Of a DNA stretch of 64,000 nucleotides, positions 45,059 through 55,515 are shown piece after piece (within the stretch, counting starts at the first letter, position 1; the number at the start of each line of letters is the position of its first letter). The stretch spans positions 320,001 through 384,000 of the forward strand of contig CAVWVQ010000002.1 in NCBI GenBank assembly GCA_963758525.1, read 5' to 3'. The notes under the pieces are model-generated. The model was not told the DNA's origin, did no database searches, and was given only the letters and a program-made list of their open reading frames with translations. Both the position numbers and the translations under genes were made by a program. Source of the DNA: an uncultured Phycisphaerales bacterium. Its GTDB lineage: Bacteria; Planctomycetota; Phycisphaerae; Tepidisphaerales; Tepidisphaeraceae.

Positions 45059-48000
45059 TGAAGTTTCGCCAACTCGTCCTCAACCGCCTTCAACTGATCC
45101 CGCGTCTGCTGCACCAGATGCGGCGGGGCTTTGGCAGTGTACGCTTCGTTCGATAACCGGCCCTGCAGCGCGCTCCGCTGTTTAACAAGATCCTCGATCT
45201 GCTTGTTCTGGCGATTCGCCTGGGCAGCCGCATCCACGAGATCTTCAACAAAGATTTCGCAGCCAGCCGCCTGCGCTCTTGCCGCACCGGCGATCGGCAC
45301 TACATCGCTGCGCACCTGCTTGAGCCGGCAGGTCGCGAGCAGCTCGATGATTTCCCGACTGGTTGCGATCGCCCCGCCGGAATCTCCCGGAGTCGCGATC
45401 GAAACACTGACGAACCGCTTCGCGTCGGCGTTGTATTCGTTCCGCAAATTGCGGATTGCGCCAATCACTTCCTGAATCTTCGGAAAGATCGTCTCGGCCG
45501 GCTCCTGCAGTTCGCGCACGGCCGGCCACGTCGCGTGAACGAGCCGTTTGCTCGGCGGGGCGTCGAGATATGCGGGCAAACCGCGCTGCGGCCGCACCTC
45601 GTTGAGCCGCCACCAGATCGTTTCAGTGATGAAGGGGATCATCGGGTGCATCAGCCGCAGCGCCGCGTCGAGCACCGCGGCCAGGACATTGGCGGTCTGT
45701 CCCGCGCGGGCGGGATCCTTCATCGCCGGCTTGATTGCCTCGATATACCAATCGCAGAGATCGCGCCAGAAGAAGTCGTAGCACGCCCTGGCATATTGAT
45801 CGAACCGGTAGCTCGCCAGCGCCGCGTTTGCCTCGGCAACGCTGCGGTGCAACCGGGCGACGATCCAGCGGTCCACCATGCTCCACATTGACGGATCGAC
45901 CGGCTCCGCTTGGATTCCCTCCAGATTCGACAGTGCGAACCGGCACGCGTTCCACAGCTTGTTGCAGAAGTGCCGCCCAAGATCGAATTTGTCCGACGTG
46001 TTGCGGCCGTTGGCATCCTTCTTCACCGGCATCCGCGCATCCTGCGTCTCCGTCGCCATGTTCGTCAGCGTGAAGCGCATCGCATCGGCCCCGTAGATGT
46101 CGATGATCTCGACCGGGTCGACGCCGTTCCCTTTGGACTTGGCCATCCGCTCGCCCTTGCCGTCGAGGATCGTGGGGTTGATGACGACGTGCCGGAACGG
46201 GATGCCGAGATGCTTCGCCCGCGCGGATGCTTGCTGCGCGTTTTCCTCTGGTCCCCCCTGCCGGTACTCCGGGAGATGCCCCGCGCTCGCAACTTCTTGC
46301 GACGCATTGTCCTTTGGTCCCCCCTGCCGGTACGCCGGGAGATGCCCCGCGCTCGCAAATCCTTGCGACGCATTGTCCTCTGGTCCCCCCTGCCGGTACG
46401 CCGGGAGATGCCCCGCGCTCGCAAATCCTTGCGACGCATTGTCCTCTGGTCCCCTCTCCCGGTACTCCGGGAGAGGGTTAGGGTGAGGGTGTTTTGGAAT
46501 GTCGGAAGCCGTCGCCTGTTTGAAATCACCCTCACCCCTGCCCTCTCCCGGCGTACCGGGAGAGGGGGAAAGAGCCGAGCCGGCGTGCGATCCCATGTTG
46601 TAGATCCCGGCCATGACCATTCGCGCAACCCACAGAGTAATGATGTCCCGGCCGGTGAGGAGGACGCTGGTGGGGTACCACCTATCCAAGTCCGCGGTGT
46701 GGTCCGGCCAGCCAAGCGTGCTGTGCGGCCACAGCGCACTGGAGAACCAGGTATCGAGGACATCCGGGTCACGTTGATAGCCCATCTTTTCTGTCAGCGC
46801 TTCGCCGATGGCACGTTCCGCGTCGGCATCTCGCAAACATATATGCAAATGGGTTGCGCTATAGGTGACGGCAACTCCCTCCATTAAGCGTGTCGCTTGC
46901 GCTTCGTCATTCCCAGCGGCGGGCAGCGCAGGAATTTGCGGAGATACGCTCGGATGCTTTGCTGCGAGTAGTCTTCGCCGTCCCACTTTGGCCGACTCCA
47001 CACTGGAATCCGATGCCCCCACCAAAGCTGCCGCGAGATCGGCCAATCGCGCTTTTCCCCCAGCCAGGCGAGATATTGCTGGGCGTGACGTTCCGGGAAA
47101 AACTTGATCGTCCCGTCGCGCACCACTTCCAACGCCGGCTCGGCCAGCGGCGCCATCTTCACAAACCACTGATCTGACAGATACGGCTCGATCGGCGTCT
47201 TGCTCCGATCGCTATGGCCCACCTGCGTCTCGTACGGCTCCTCCTTCTCCAGCAATCCCTGCTGCGCCAGATCTTCCACGACCTTCTTCCGCGCACTATC
47301 CCGCCGCAACGTCGCATACGGCCCCGCATTCTCGTTCAGCGTCCCGTCCGGATTCAGAATATTGATAATCCCGATCTGATCCGCCTGCCCCTGATGCCGC
47401 TGCCAGACCGCATAGTCATTCGGATCATGCGCCGGCGTGACTTTCACCACCCCGGTCCCAAATTTCGGATCAACCAAAATGTCGTCCGCAATGATCGGAA
47501 TCATCCGCCCCGTCAGCGGCAGCTTCACCGACTTCCCAATCGCCCAATTCCATCGCGGATCCGATGAATGCACGGCGACGGCGGTATCGCCCAACAACGT
47601 CTCCGGCCGCGTAGTCGCGACCACCATAAACTGTTGCCGCGCAGCGTCCTCCCCTTCGTGCCTCCGTGCCTCCGTGCCTCCGTGCCTCTCCCCTTCTTCC
47701 CTCTCCCCTTCGTGCCTCCGTGCCTCCGTGCCTCCGTGCCTCTCCCCTTCTTCCCTCTCCCCTACAACAATCTCATACCGAATATGCCACAGCGACGTCT
47801 TCACCGTCTCGTGATAAATCTCGTCATCGCTCACGCTCGTTTGGAGAAACACATCCCAGTTCACCAGCCGTTTGCCGCGGTAAATGAGCCCGTCTTTGAA
47901 GAGCTTGAAGAACGTTTCGCGCACAGCCCGGGCACACATGTCGTCGAGCGTGAAGCGCGTGCGATCCCAGTCGCAGGAACAGCCGAGGCGTTTGAGCTGT

Positions 48001-48392
48001 TCGAGGATGCGGTCGCCGTACTGCTGCTTCCAGGCCCAGATGCGTTCGACCAGCCCCTCGCGGCCGACGTCGTGACGGGTTTTGTTTTCCTTCTCCTTGA
48101 GCTGCTTCTCGACCACCGCCTGGGTCGCGATGCCGGCATGATCGATGCCGGGGATCCAAAGGGTGTTGAAGCCCCGCATGCGATGCTGGCGGGTCAGAAT
48201 ATCCTGCAGCGTGTTGTTGATCGCATGGCCAAGGTGCAGCGCGCCCGTCACGTTGGGCGGGGGAATGACAATGCAATAAGGCTCGCCAGGCGCAGCCGGG
48301 TCAGGATGGAAGCATTTCTCTTCGAGCCAGACGCGATATGCCTCGGGCTCGACGGAAGCGGGGTCGTAAGTTTTCGCCAGGTCGGTCGGCAT
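45055..48392 (-). CDS. valS: Valine--tRNA ligase with two repeat-derived in-frame insertions; frameshift near 46915
   Basis: PPPNVTGALHLGH, DHAGIATQ, ATTRPET, SRQLWWGHRIP, DVLDTWFSS, RMAKSKGN, C-terminal coiled coil. Confidence 0.96.
46244..46568. repeat. Three 66-bp tandem units plus a full family A palindromic doublet, in frame in valS
   Basis: Units 46244-46309, 46310-46375 and 46376-46441; doublet 46442-46568. Confidence 0.92.
47649..47763. repeat. Two 54-bp tandem units built of CGTGCCTC 8-mers, in frame in valS
   Basis: Encodes EREEGERHGGTEARRHEG twice, just before ATTRPET. Confidence 0.92.
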
Positions 48393-48626
48393 TGCGACAT
48401 CTCAAAGAGCCAGGGCAACTGCTACCGACATCTCGGCAACGAGCCTCACCGCCACCCCTCCTTCATGGTCCGAAGTTTAGAGCAAAATAGCATCGGCATC
48501 AATTCGTTGAGAAGGCTGGGTTCAGGTCGCGTGCAATGGGCGCGCGCGAATTCCGGGCAACACATTGTGGTGCGGGCTTCCAGCCTGCAATCGCAGCCGT
48601 GCAAACGCAGTTTGCTCCTGCTTGCC

Positions 48627-48769
48627 GGGTGTAACTTTTATTTGTGGCGATTGCAGATTTTGCGATCGTAGGGCGGGATTCATCCCGCCGTTTTCTCAGC
48701 CGGCCAACAAATCGGCGGGATGAATCCCGCCCTACTCGGAGCCGATCGCCACTTTCGAGCGCCACACCC
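48627..48769. mobile_element. 143-bp MITE-like element, copy 1
   Basis: Ends GGGTGT/ACACCC, internal GTAG REP doublet, flanked by 8-bp direct repeat TGCTTGCC (48619-48626 and 48770-48777). Confidence 0.8.
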
Positions 48770-48864
48770 TGCTTGCCCGGAATTCGCGCACGCCCATGTC
48801 AATCGGAATTCAATCGCGTATGCTCTGACCCTTCGTTGATTGAGGCAATCCGCAACTGAAAGGA

Positions 48865-49782
48865 ATGTTCATGGTTACCGACAGTCTTCGATTTTTGACA
48901 ATTGTTCTGCTTGCAGGGATGTCGCTGTTCGCAGCGAGCCAGAACGCTCGCGCCGCCGACGAAATTCCGATCAAATCCGGACAGAAGCTCGCCTTTCTCG
49001 GCGACTCGATCACAGCGCAGGGCGCCGCGACTCCGTCGGGCTATGTACAACTTGTCATCAGCGGCTTCAAAGCCAATGGCATTGAAGTGACGCCGATCCC
49101 GGCGGGAATCAGCGGCCATACGTCTCGCGACATGATCGCCCGCATCGATCGCGACGTGATCGAGAAGAAGCCGGACTGGATGACGCTCAGTTGCGGCGTC
49201 AATGACGTCTGGCACGGACCGGCCGGCGTCGCTCTGGCTGCCTATCAGAAGAACATCACCGAAATGGTTGATCGCGCTCAGAAAGCGGGGATCAAGGTGA
49301 TGCTGCTCACCTCCACGATGATCGGCGAAGATCAGAACAACCCCAACAACCAGAAGCTGATTCCGTATAACGAATTCTTGCGTGATCTGGCGAAGCAGAA
49401 GGACTGTCTGCTCGCGGATCTGAATGCCGACATGCAGGCCGCCGTCCTGGCCGCGGGCGGCGGCAAGCCGGGCATGCCCAACACCGTCAGCATCGACGGC
49501 GTTCACATGATCCCCTCCGGCAATATGATGATGGCAACGGGAATTCTCAAGGCATTTGGGCTGAATGACGCCCAACTGGAAAAGGCGCGGGAAGCCTGGC
49601 TCGATATTCCTCACGCCGTGGAACTCGTCGCGAAGGATGCGATCACGATCCGCCAATGGGATAAGATCGACGTCATCGCACTCAAAGAGCACAGGTCGGT
49701 CGGTGATGTGGTGAATGAGGCATTCCGCAAGACGGTTGACTCGGTTATCGCCGGCGCAGATCAATCTGGGGATGCGAAATAA
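48865..49782 (+). CDS. SGNH/GDSL hydrolase family protein, secreted
   Basis: FLGDSIT, AGISG, CGVNDV, DGVH. Confidence 0.92.
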   Translation: MFMVTDSLRFLTIVLLAGMSLFAASQNARAADEIPIKSGQKLAFLGDSITAQGAATPSGYVQLVISGFKANGIEVTPIPAGISGHTSRDMIARIDRDVIEKKPDWMTLSCGVNDVWHGPAGVALAAYQKNITEMVDRAQKAGIKVMLLTSTMIGEDQNNPNNQKLIPYNEFLRDLAKQKDCLLADLNADMQAAVLAAGGGKPGMPNTVSIDGVHMIPSGNMMMATGILKAFGLNDAQLEKAREAWLDIPHAVELVAKDAITIRQWDKIDVIALKEHRSVGDVVNEAFRKTVDSVIAGADQSGDAK

Positions 49783-49877
49783 CGGGCCCCCTCCCCCGGA
49801 CTACCACAGGAGGGGGAAAGAGTCGCGAGCCGCCGGAAAATCGGGCTCGCCCCACCGCAAACCGCGATTTATCGGGC

Positions 49878-49906
49878 TTGACCGGCGCGGCAGGCACTCG
49901 TAGTGT
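49878..49906 (+). promoter_or_regulatory. Putative sigma70 promoter of the Cys-rich ORF / metal efflux operon
   Basis: TTGACC, 17-nt spacer, TAGTGT, 11 nt before the ATG at 49918. Confidence 0.45.
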
Positions 49907-49917
49907 TTTCGTACCGC

Positions 49918-50313
49918 ATGTACTCGCTCCGCCTTATTCTCCCCTTGGCTTTGATCCCCTGCCTGCTCGCGGGCGCCGGGCCTGCGTCGACATGCTCGCC
50001 CGCCACCTGTGCTGCGAATCTTGAATGTGCGGTGATGCATTGCAATTGTTGCGGCCCGAATTGCCCGCTGCGCGCCGCATCGCACCGCAGCGGAGCACGC
50101 GTCGAATCTTGCCGTCCGCAGTGTCCCCGAATCGCTTCTGACAACCGTCCGATGACCTGCAAGGCGGCAACGCAATGCGTTGCGTTGGCCATCGACGCCA
50201 AAGCGTGTCCGTTCTTCATCACCTCCCCGATTTCCCATCCGCTCTCGCTGCACCCCCGGGTCAGCTTCGATCCGCCCACGCTTCTGCGGCTGGGCTGCGC
50301 ATTGACCATCTGA
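49918..50313 (+). CDS. Cys-rich small exported protein / candidate leader ORF
   Basis: 131 aa, hydrophobic N-terminus, 14 Cys including MHCNCCGPNCP, C-terminus DPPTLLRLGCALTI. Confidence 0.6.
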   Translation: MYSLRLILPLALIPCLLAGAGPASTCSPATCAANLECAVMHCNCCGPNCPLRAASHRSGARVESCRPQCPRIASDNRPMTCKAATQCVALAIDAKACPFFITSPISHPLSLHPRVSFDPPTLLRLGCALTI

Positions 50314-50410
50314 TCCCTCCCGCAATCTGAAGTGTGATCGTCAGCCCGCTTGGCTTTGCCGAAGTCGGTCTGCGCCCCTCCCCTGTTCATCATCTGTTGC
50401 GGGACATCTC

Positions 50411-51853
50411 ATGAAAGCTTGCCTCATTGCCGTCATCGCGGGGCTCTTGCTGCTGGTGGCGGTTCTTCTGGTGAAGATGAAATCTTCGACCCTCGCTGTC
50501 GATGACCGCGCATCCGGTTTCGACACATCCACCAGCCTTCCCCGGCAACTCTGGACCTGCGGCATGCACCCGCAGGTGATTCAGGACCATCCCGGCACAT
50601 GCCCCATCTGCCATATGAAGCTCACGCCGCTCAGGGACGAATCCGATGACGCGGGGACCGTCGGCGCGAAACGAAAAATTCTCTACTACTGGGATCCGAT
50701 GCTGGGGCCGTCATCCATCGCACACGCGCCGGGCAAGAGCGGAATGGGTATGGATCTGGTGCCGGTGTTCGAAGATGCACAGTCCGGCGGACCGTCCGTC
50801 AGAATCGATCCGACCATCGTCCAAAACATGGGTGTTCGCACCGCCGAAGTCACCCGCGGACCGCTGGACGTGACCGTGCGCGCGGTCGGCATGCTCGAAG
50901 TGCCGGAGCCGGCGGTCCACGAAGTGAATTTGAAGGTTGCCGGCTGGATCGAAAGGCTCTACGCGGACACCGAAGGCATGCACATACACAAGGGCGAACC
51001 TCTGTTCGACCTCTACAGCCCCGATCTGGAGGTTGCGCAGGAGGAACTGATTGGAGCGGCCAAAACAGTGAATGCCGCGGACCACGGCGCATCCAATGCG
51101 ATACGCTTCGAATTGCGCAGCATGCTCGATTTGGCGGAACAGAAACTGCGATTGTGGGGAATTGCCGATCAGGACATCGACGCTGTTGCCGCCGCAATGA
51201 AGGCGCGGCCGGCCATCACGTTTCGCAGTCCGGTCGACGGAGATCTCGTGGAAAAAATGGTGGTCGAGGGGTCAGCCGTGCAGGCGGGCATGAAGCTCAT
51301 GCGCATCGAAGACCACTCGAAGCTGTGGCTCAACGCGCAGGTCTATGAGGCGCAGATGACATCAGTGTCGCTGGGCCAGCGCGTCGACGCAGCGGTGGAC
51401 GGCGTGCCGGGCAAAACATTCAACGGCCCGATCATGTTCATCTCTCCGCATGTCGATCACATGACCCGCACGCTCACCGTGCGTGTGCAATTCGACAATC
51501 CGACGCACCAACTGCGCCCCGGCATGTACGCCACCGCGAACATCGTCACCAGGCCGGTTGCCAACACGATACTGGCTCCGCGCGAGGCCGTCATTGACAC
51601 CGGCACGCGGCAGATCGCGTTTGTCGCCGAGCCCGGGGGCCATTTCAATCCGCGCAACGTGCGCGTGGGACTGACTGGTGACGGCGACCGCGTTGAAATT
51701 CTCGAGGGCCTTGCCCCCGGAGAGGTGGTGGTGACCAGCGGCCAGTTTCTGATGGACGTGGAGAGTCGCACCACCGAAGCGATCGACAAACTTCGCCGCG
51801 CGTCCGGATCGATTGGCGACCCAACGGCGGCGCAACAAGGATCGCCCCGATGA
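50411..51853 (+). CDS. Heavy-metal RND efflux periplasmic adaptor (CusB-like)
   Basis: WTCGMHP..PGTCPICHMKL and YWDPM..GMGMDLVP metal-binding motifs; LRPGMYA. Confidence 0.92.
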   Translation: MKACLIAVIAGLLLLVAVLLVKMKSSTLAVDDRASGFDTSTSLPRQLWTCGMHPQVIQDHPGTCPICHMKLTPLRDESDDAGTVGAKRKILYYWDPMLGPSSIAHAPGKSGMGMDLVPVFEDAQSGGPSVRIDPTIVQNMGVRTAEVTRGPLDVTVRAVGMLEVPEPAVHEVNLKVAGWIERLYADTEGMHIHKGEPLFDLYSPDLEVAQEELIGAAKTVNAADHGASNAIRFELRSMLDLAEQKLRLWGIADQDIDAVAAAMKARPAITFRSPVDGDLVEKMVVEGSAVQAGMKLMRIEDHSKLWLNAQVYEAQMTSVSLGQRVDAAVDGVPGKTFNGPIMFISPHVDHMTRTLTVRVQFDNPTHQLRPGMYATANIVTRPVANTILAPREAVIDTGTRQIAFVAEPGGHFNPRNVRVGLTGDGDRVEILEGLAPGEVVVTSGQFLMDVESRTTEAIDKLRRASGSIGDPTAAQQGSPR

Positions 51854-54800
51854 TCGCTCAAATCATCGAACTCTCGATTCGCAATAAGTTCATGGTCCTT
51901 CTGTTGACCGGCATCCTGGTCGTTGCCGGCATCTGGGCCACGATCCATATCAGCCTCGACGCGGTTCCCGATTTGTCCGACGTGCAGGTGATCGTCACGA
52001 CCGATTATCCCGGCCAGGCGCCCAACGTGGTCGAGGATCAGGTCACCTACCCGCTGACGACGGCGATGATGGGAATCCCCCATGCCAAAGTGGTCCGGGG
52101 GATCAGCATGTTCGAGCAGTCGTTTGTGTACATCATTTTCGACGACGGCACGGATTTGTATTGGGCGCGCAGCCGGGTGCTGGAATATCTCAACTTTGTG
52201 AAAGACCGCCTTCCCAGCGGCGTCGAGCCGAAGCTGGGGCCAGACGCGACCGGCGTCGGGTGGGTGTACCAATACACGCTCTTTCCCGGCTACTACTGCC
52301 CCAACCATCCCAACGGCATCTGGCACGACGACGCGACCGGCAGGTGGTACGCCGAGAAAGGCGATGCGCCGGCAGACCGCCAGTCGGTGCTCGTAAAGGT
52401 TCGAGGCTTTGAACAGCCGGGAGTTTCTCCGCTGGATGGCAAGCCCCTGGTCTCATCGAACCAGGATCTGGCGAGCCTGCGCGGCCTCCAAGACTGGTAC
52501 CTGCGATATCAACTCACTGCCGTGCCCAACGTCGCCGAGGTCGCGTCGATCGGCGGCTTCGTCAAGCAATACCAGGTTGTTCTCAAACCGGAGCGCCTGC
52601 TCGCGTACAACCTTCCCGTGAACACGATCATGACGGCGATCCAGCGGTCGAATAATGATGTGGGCGGTTCCGTCATCGAGATGAGCGAGAACGAGTACAT
52701 GGTCCGCAGCCGCGGATATCTCAAAGGATTGAAAGATCTCGCAGACGTTCCGGTGGGTATCGGAAAAGAGGGCACGCCGATCATGCTCTCGGACGTTGCC
52801 ACATTGCAAGTCGCCGGAGAGGAACGGCGCGGGGTCGGAGAATGGAACGGGCAGGGCGAAGCCGTCGGCGGCCTGATCGTCGCCCGCTTCGGGGCCAACG
52901 CGTACCAGGTGATTCACGATGCCAAGGCGAAACTCGCCGATCTTGAGGCGGGATTGCCGCCGGGTGTATTGATCAAGACCGCGTATGATCGATCCGACCT
53001 GATCGAGCGGTCCATTCATACGCTCCGGCACACGCTGATCGAAGAGATGATCGTCGTCGGGCTCGTATGCATGCTGTTTTTGCTTCATGCCCGCAGCGAA
53101 CTGGTCGCCATCTTCGTGGTGCCTGGCAGCGTGCTCGTCAGCATCCTGGTGATGCATGCGATCGGCATCAACGCGAACATCATGAGTCTCGGCGGAATCG
53201 CGATTGCCATCGGCGTGGTGGTGGACAGCGCGATCATCATGGTGGAGAACGCCCACAAGCATCTCGACCGTGAAGAGGAGCGGCTTCACAAAAATCCCGA
53301 CGCCGTGCCCCGCTCGCGCAGCGACATCATTGTCGGGGCCGCCAAAGAAGTCGGCCCCAGTCTGTTTTTCAGTCTTCTGATCATCACTGTCAGCTTCACG
53401 CCCGTCTTCGTCCTGGGCGGCGAAAGCGGACGGCTCTTCAAGCCTCTCGCGTTCACCAAGACATTCGCGATGGCGTCGGCCGCCGTCCTTTCCATCACGA
53501 TTATTCCGGTGTTGATGATCTGCTTCATCACCAACCGGGTCTTGCCAAAACGATGGGGTTGGAGAACGAATCTGGCGATCACGCTCGCCACGATGTTCGT
53601 GCCCGCAACGCTGTTGTACTTCCTCCCAAACCTTGAGCCGGGCGCGGATCTGTATCGCTGGTGGATGGCAGTTGGCTGGGCAGTCCTGGCGGCGATGCTG
53701 CTCGTGCCGCAGAAGATTATTCACGAGGAAAAAAACCCGATCAGCTACGTGTTGCAGAAGCTATACAACCCGTTTTTTCGCGCCGCCATCCGGTTTCGCT
53801 GGGCGGTGCTGATTCTCGCGCTGCTCTTCATGGCATCGGCGGCGTGGCCGTTCACAAAGTTGGGAAGTGAGTTCATGCCCCCGCTGGATGAGGGCGACCT
53901 TCTCTACATGCCCACGACCGACCCGAGCATCAGCATCACCAAGGCCCGGCAGGTACTGCAGCAGACCGACAAACTGATCAAGACCTTTCCCGAAGTCATC
54001 AGCGTGTACGGGAAGATTGGCCGCGCCAACACCGCAACCGACCCCGCGCCGCTGGACATGATCGAAAGCGTCATCCGATTGCAGACCGATCCTGCAAAAT
54101 GGCGCACCCGGATGATGAGCTACTTCTTCGACCACTGGCCATCGGCTCTGCGCTGGCCGTTGGAACATACGTTCTGGCCGCGCGAGCGAAAAATCACGAT
54201 GGAGGAGCTGATCTATGGCTGGACCGATCCGGACGGCGCCGATCACCCCGGGCTCAACGCCGTTGTCACCGAACCTGGCGTGGCGAACGCCTGGCCGATG
54301 CCGATCGAGAACCGCACCAACATGCTTTCCACCGGAATTAAAACGCCGGTCGGCATCAAGATCATGGGGCCGGACTTAGAGGTGCTCTCGGAACTGGCGT
54401 CGAAAGCCTCGACGATCCTGCTCAACGTCCGCGGCACGGCCAGCGCCTACCCGGAGCGAACGTTCGGGGGCTACTACCTCGACATTGACGTCGACCGCCA
54501 ACGGGCGGCCCGCTACGGTTTAACCAGCGGCGACGTTCAGGACGTGATCAGCACAAGCCTGGGGGGAATGAAAACAACGACTGCCGTCGAGGGGCTTGAA
54601 CGATACCCGGTGAACATCCGCTACGCGCGAGACCTTCGCGATGATCCTTCCGCGATCAGGCAGGTGCTGATTCCGACGGCCACCGGCGCGCAGATTCCGC
54701 TCGGCATGGTCGCGGATGTGAAGATCGAGCCGGGGCCGCCGATGATCAAGAGCGAAAACGCCCGCCGCTCGGCGTTGATCTTCGTGGACGTGACCGGGCG

Positions 54801-55515
54801 TGATCTCGGCGGCTTCATTACCGACGCGCAGAAAGCGGTGTCCGAGGATCTGCAACTCCCAGCCGGCTACACGCTCGCCTGGTCCGGGCAATTTGAGAAT
54901 ATTCAGGAAGCCAACGCCCGCTTAAAATGGGCCGTGCCGCTCACGCTGGTCATCATCGTGATGCTGCTGTACGCCGCGACAGGAAGCTGGTTTCGCGTGA
55001 GCGTGGTTCTGCTGGCCGTGCCGTTCAGTCTCGTCGGAGCCGTCTGGTTTCTCTATTTCCTGGGCTACAACCTGAGCCTCGCGGTATGGGTTGGCGTGAT
55101 TGCGCTGGCAGGGCTCGACGCCGAGACCGGCCTGGTGATGCTGCTCTATCTCGACAACAGCTTCGAGCGATTCAAATCGGAAGGGCGCATGAACACCACC
55201 CAGGATTTGTGGAGCGCAGTGCATGACGGCGCGGTGACACGAATCAGGCCAAAAACAATGACCGTCGCGGCGGCGTTCATCGGGTTGGTGCCGCTGCTCT
55301 GGGCCGCGGGCACTGGCGCCGATGTGATGCGCCGCCTGGCCGCCCCCATGCTCGGCGGACTGTTCACCAGCTTTCTGATGGAACTGCTGATTTACCCGAT
55401 CATTTTCTATGTAGTCAAAAGCCGCGGACTGCGGGACGACCGCAGCAGGCCGGTTCTTGACCGAGCCTCTGCGGCGATCGTCGCTGCCGCAGAAACGGAG
55501 GCAGTCCATGCTTAG
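51850..55515 (+). CDS. cusA: CusA/CzcA family heavy-metal efflux RND permease (Cu/Ag type) with insertions
   Basis: DAVPDLSDVQVI, GPDATGVGW, NIMSLGGIAIAIG, GSEFMPPLDEG, MLSTG, RIRPKTMT. Confidence 0.92.
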   Translation: MIAQIIELSIRNKFMVLLLTGILVVAGIWATIHISLDAVPDLSDVQVIVTTDYPGQAPNVVEDQVTYPLTTAMMGIPHAKVVRGISMFEQSFVYIIFDDGTDLYWARSRVLEYLNFVKDRLPSGVEPKLGPDATGVGWVYQYTLFPGYYCPNHPNGIWHDDATGRWYAEKGDAPADRQSVLVKVRGFEQPGVSPLDGKPLVSSNQDLASLRGLQDWYLRYQLTAVPNVAEVASIGGFVKQYQVVLKPERLLAYNLPVNTIMTAIQRSNNDVGGSVIEMSENEYMVRSRGYLKGLKDLADVPVGIGKEGTPIMLSDVATLQVAGEERRGVGEWNGQGEAVGGLIVARFGANAYQVIHDAKAKLADLEAGLPPGVLIKTAYDRSDLIERSIHTLRHTLIEEMIVVGLVCMLFLLHARSELVAIFVVPGSVLVSILVMHAIGINANIMSLGGIAIAIGVVVDSAIIMVENAHKHLDREEERLHKNPDAVPRSRSDIIVGAAKEVGPSLFFSLLIITVSFTPVFVLGGESGRLFKPLAFTKTFAMASAAVLSITIIPVLMICFITNRVLPKRWGWRTNLAITLATMFVPATLLYFLPNLEPGADLYRWWMAVGWAVLAAMLLVPQKIIHEEKNPISYVLQKLYNPFFRAAIRFRWAVLILALLFMASAAWPFTKLGSEFMPPLDEGDLLYMPTTDPSISITKARQVLQQTDKLIKTFPEVISVYGKIGRANTATDPAPLDMIESVIRLQTDPAKWRTRMMSYFFDHWPSALRWPLEHTFWPRERKITMEELIYGWTDPDGADHPGLNAVVTEPGVANAWPMPIENRTNMLSTGIKTPVGIKIMGPDLEVLSELASKASTILLNVRGTASAYPERTFGGYYLDIDVDRQRAARYGLTSGDVQDVISTSLGGMKTTTAVEGLERYPVNIRYARDLRDDPSAIRQVLIPTATGAQIPLGMVADVKIEPGPPMIKSENARRSALIFVDVTGRDLGGFITDAQKAVSEDLQLPAGYTLAWSGQFENIQEANARLKWAVPLTLVIIVMLLYAATGSWFRVSVVLLAVPFSLVGAVWFLYFLGYNLSLAVWVGVIALAGLDAETGLVMLLYLDNSFERFKSEGRMNTTQDLWSAVHDGAVTRIRPKTMTVAAAFIGLVPLLWAAGTGADVMRRLAAPMLGGLFTSFLMELLIYPIIFYVVKSRGLRDDRSRPVLDRASAAIVAAAETEAVHA

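Noticed and set aside
46244..46490. 66-bp periodic repeat as a CRISPR array
   Set aside because: The segments between the palindromic cores are near-identical rather than unique spacers, the array is in frame inside valS, and there are no cas genes.
46204..46590. ValS insertion as an intein or self-splicing intron
   Set aside because: No intein terminal motifs (such as His-Asn followed by Cys/Ser/Thr) or splicing blocks and no recognisable group I/II features; the sequence is explained by the repeat family.
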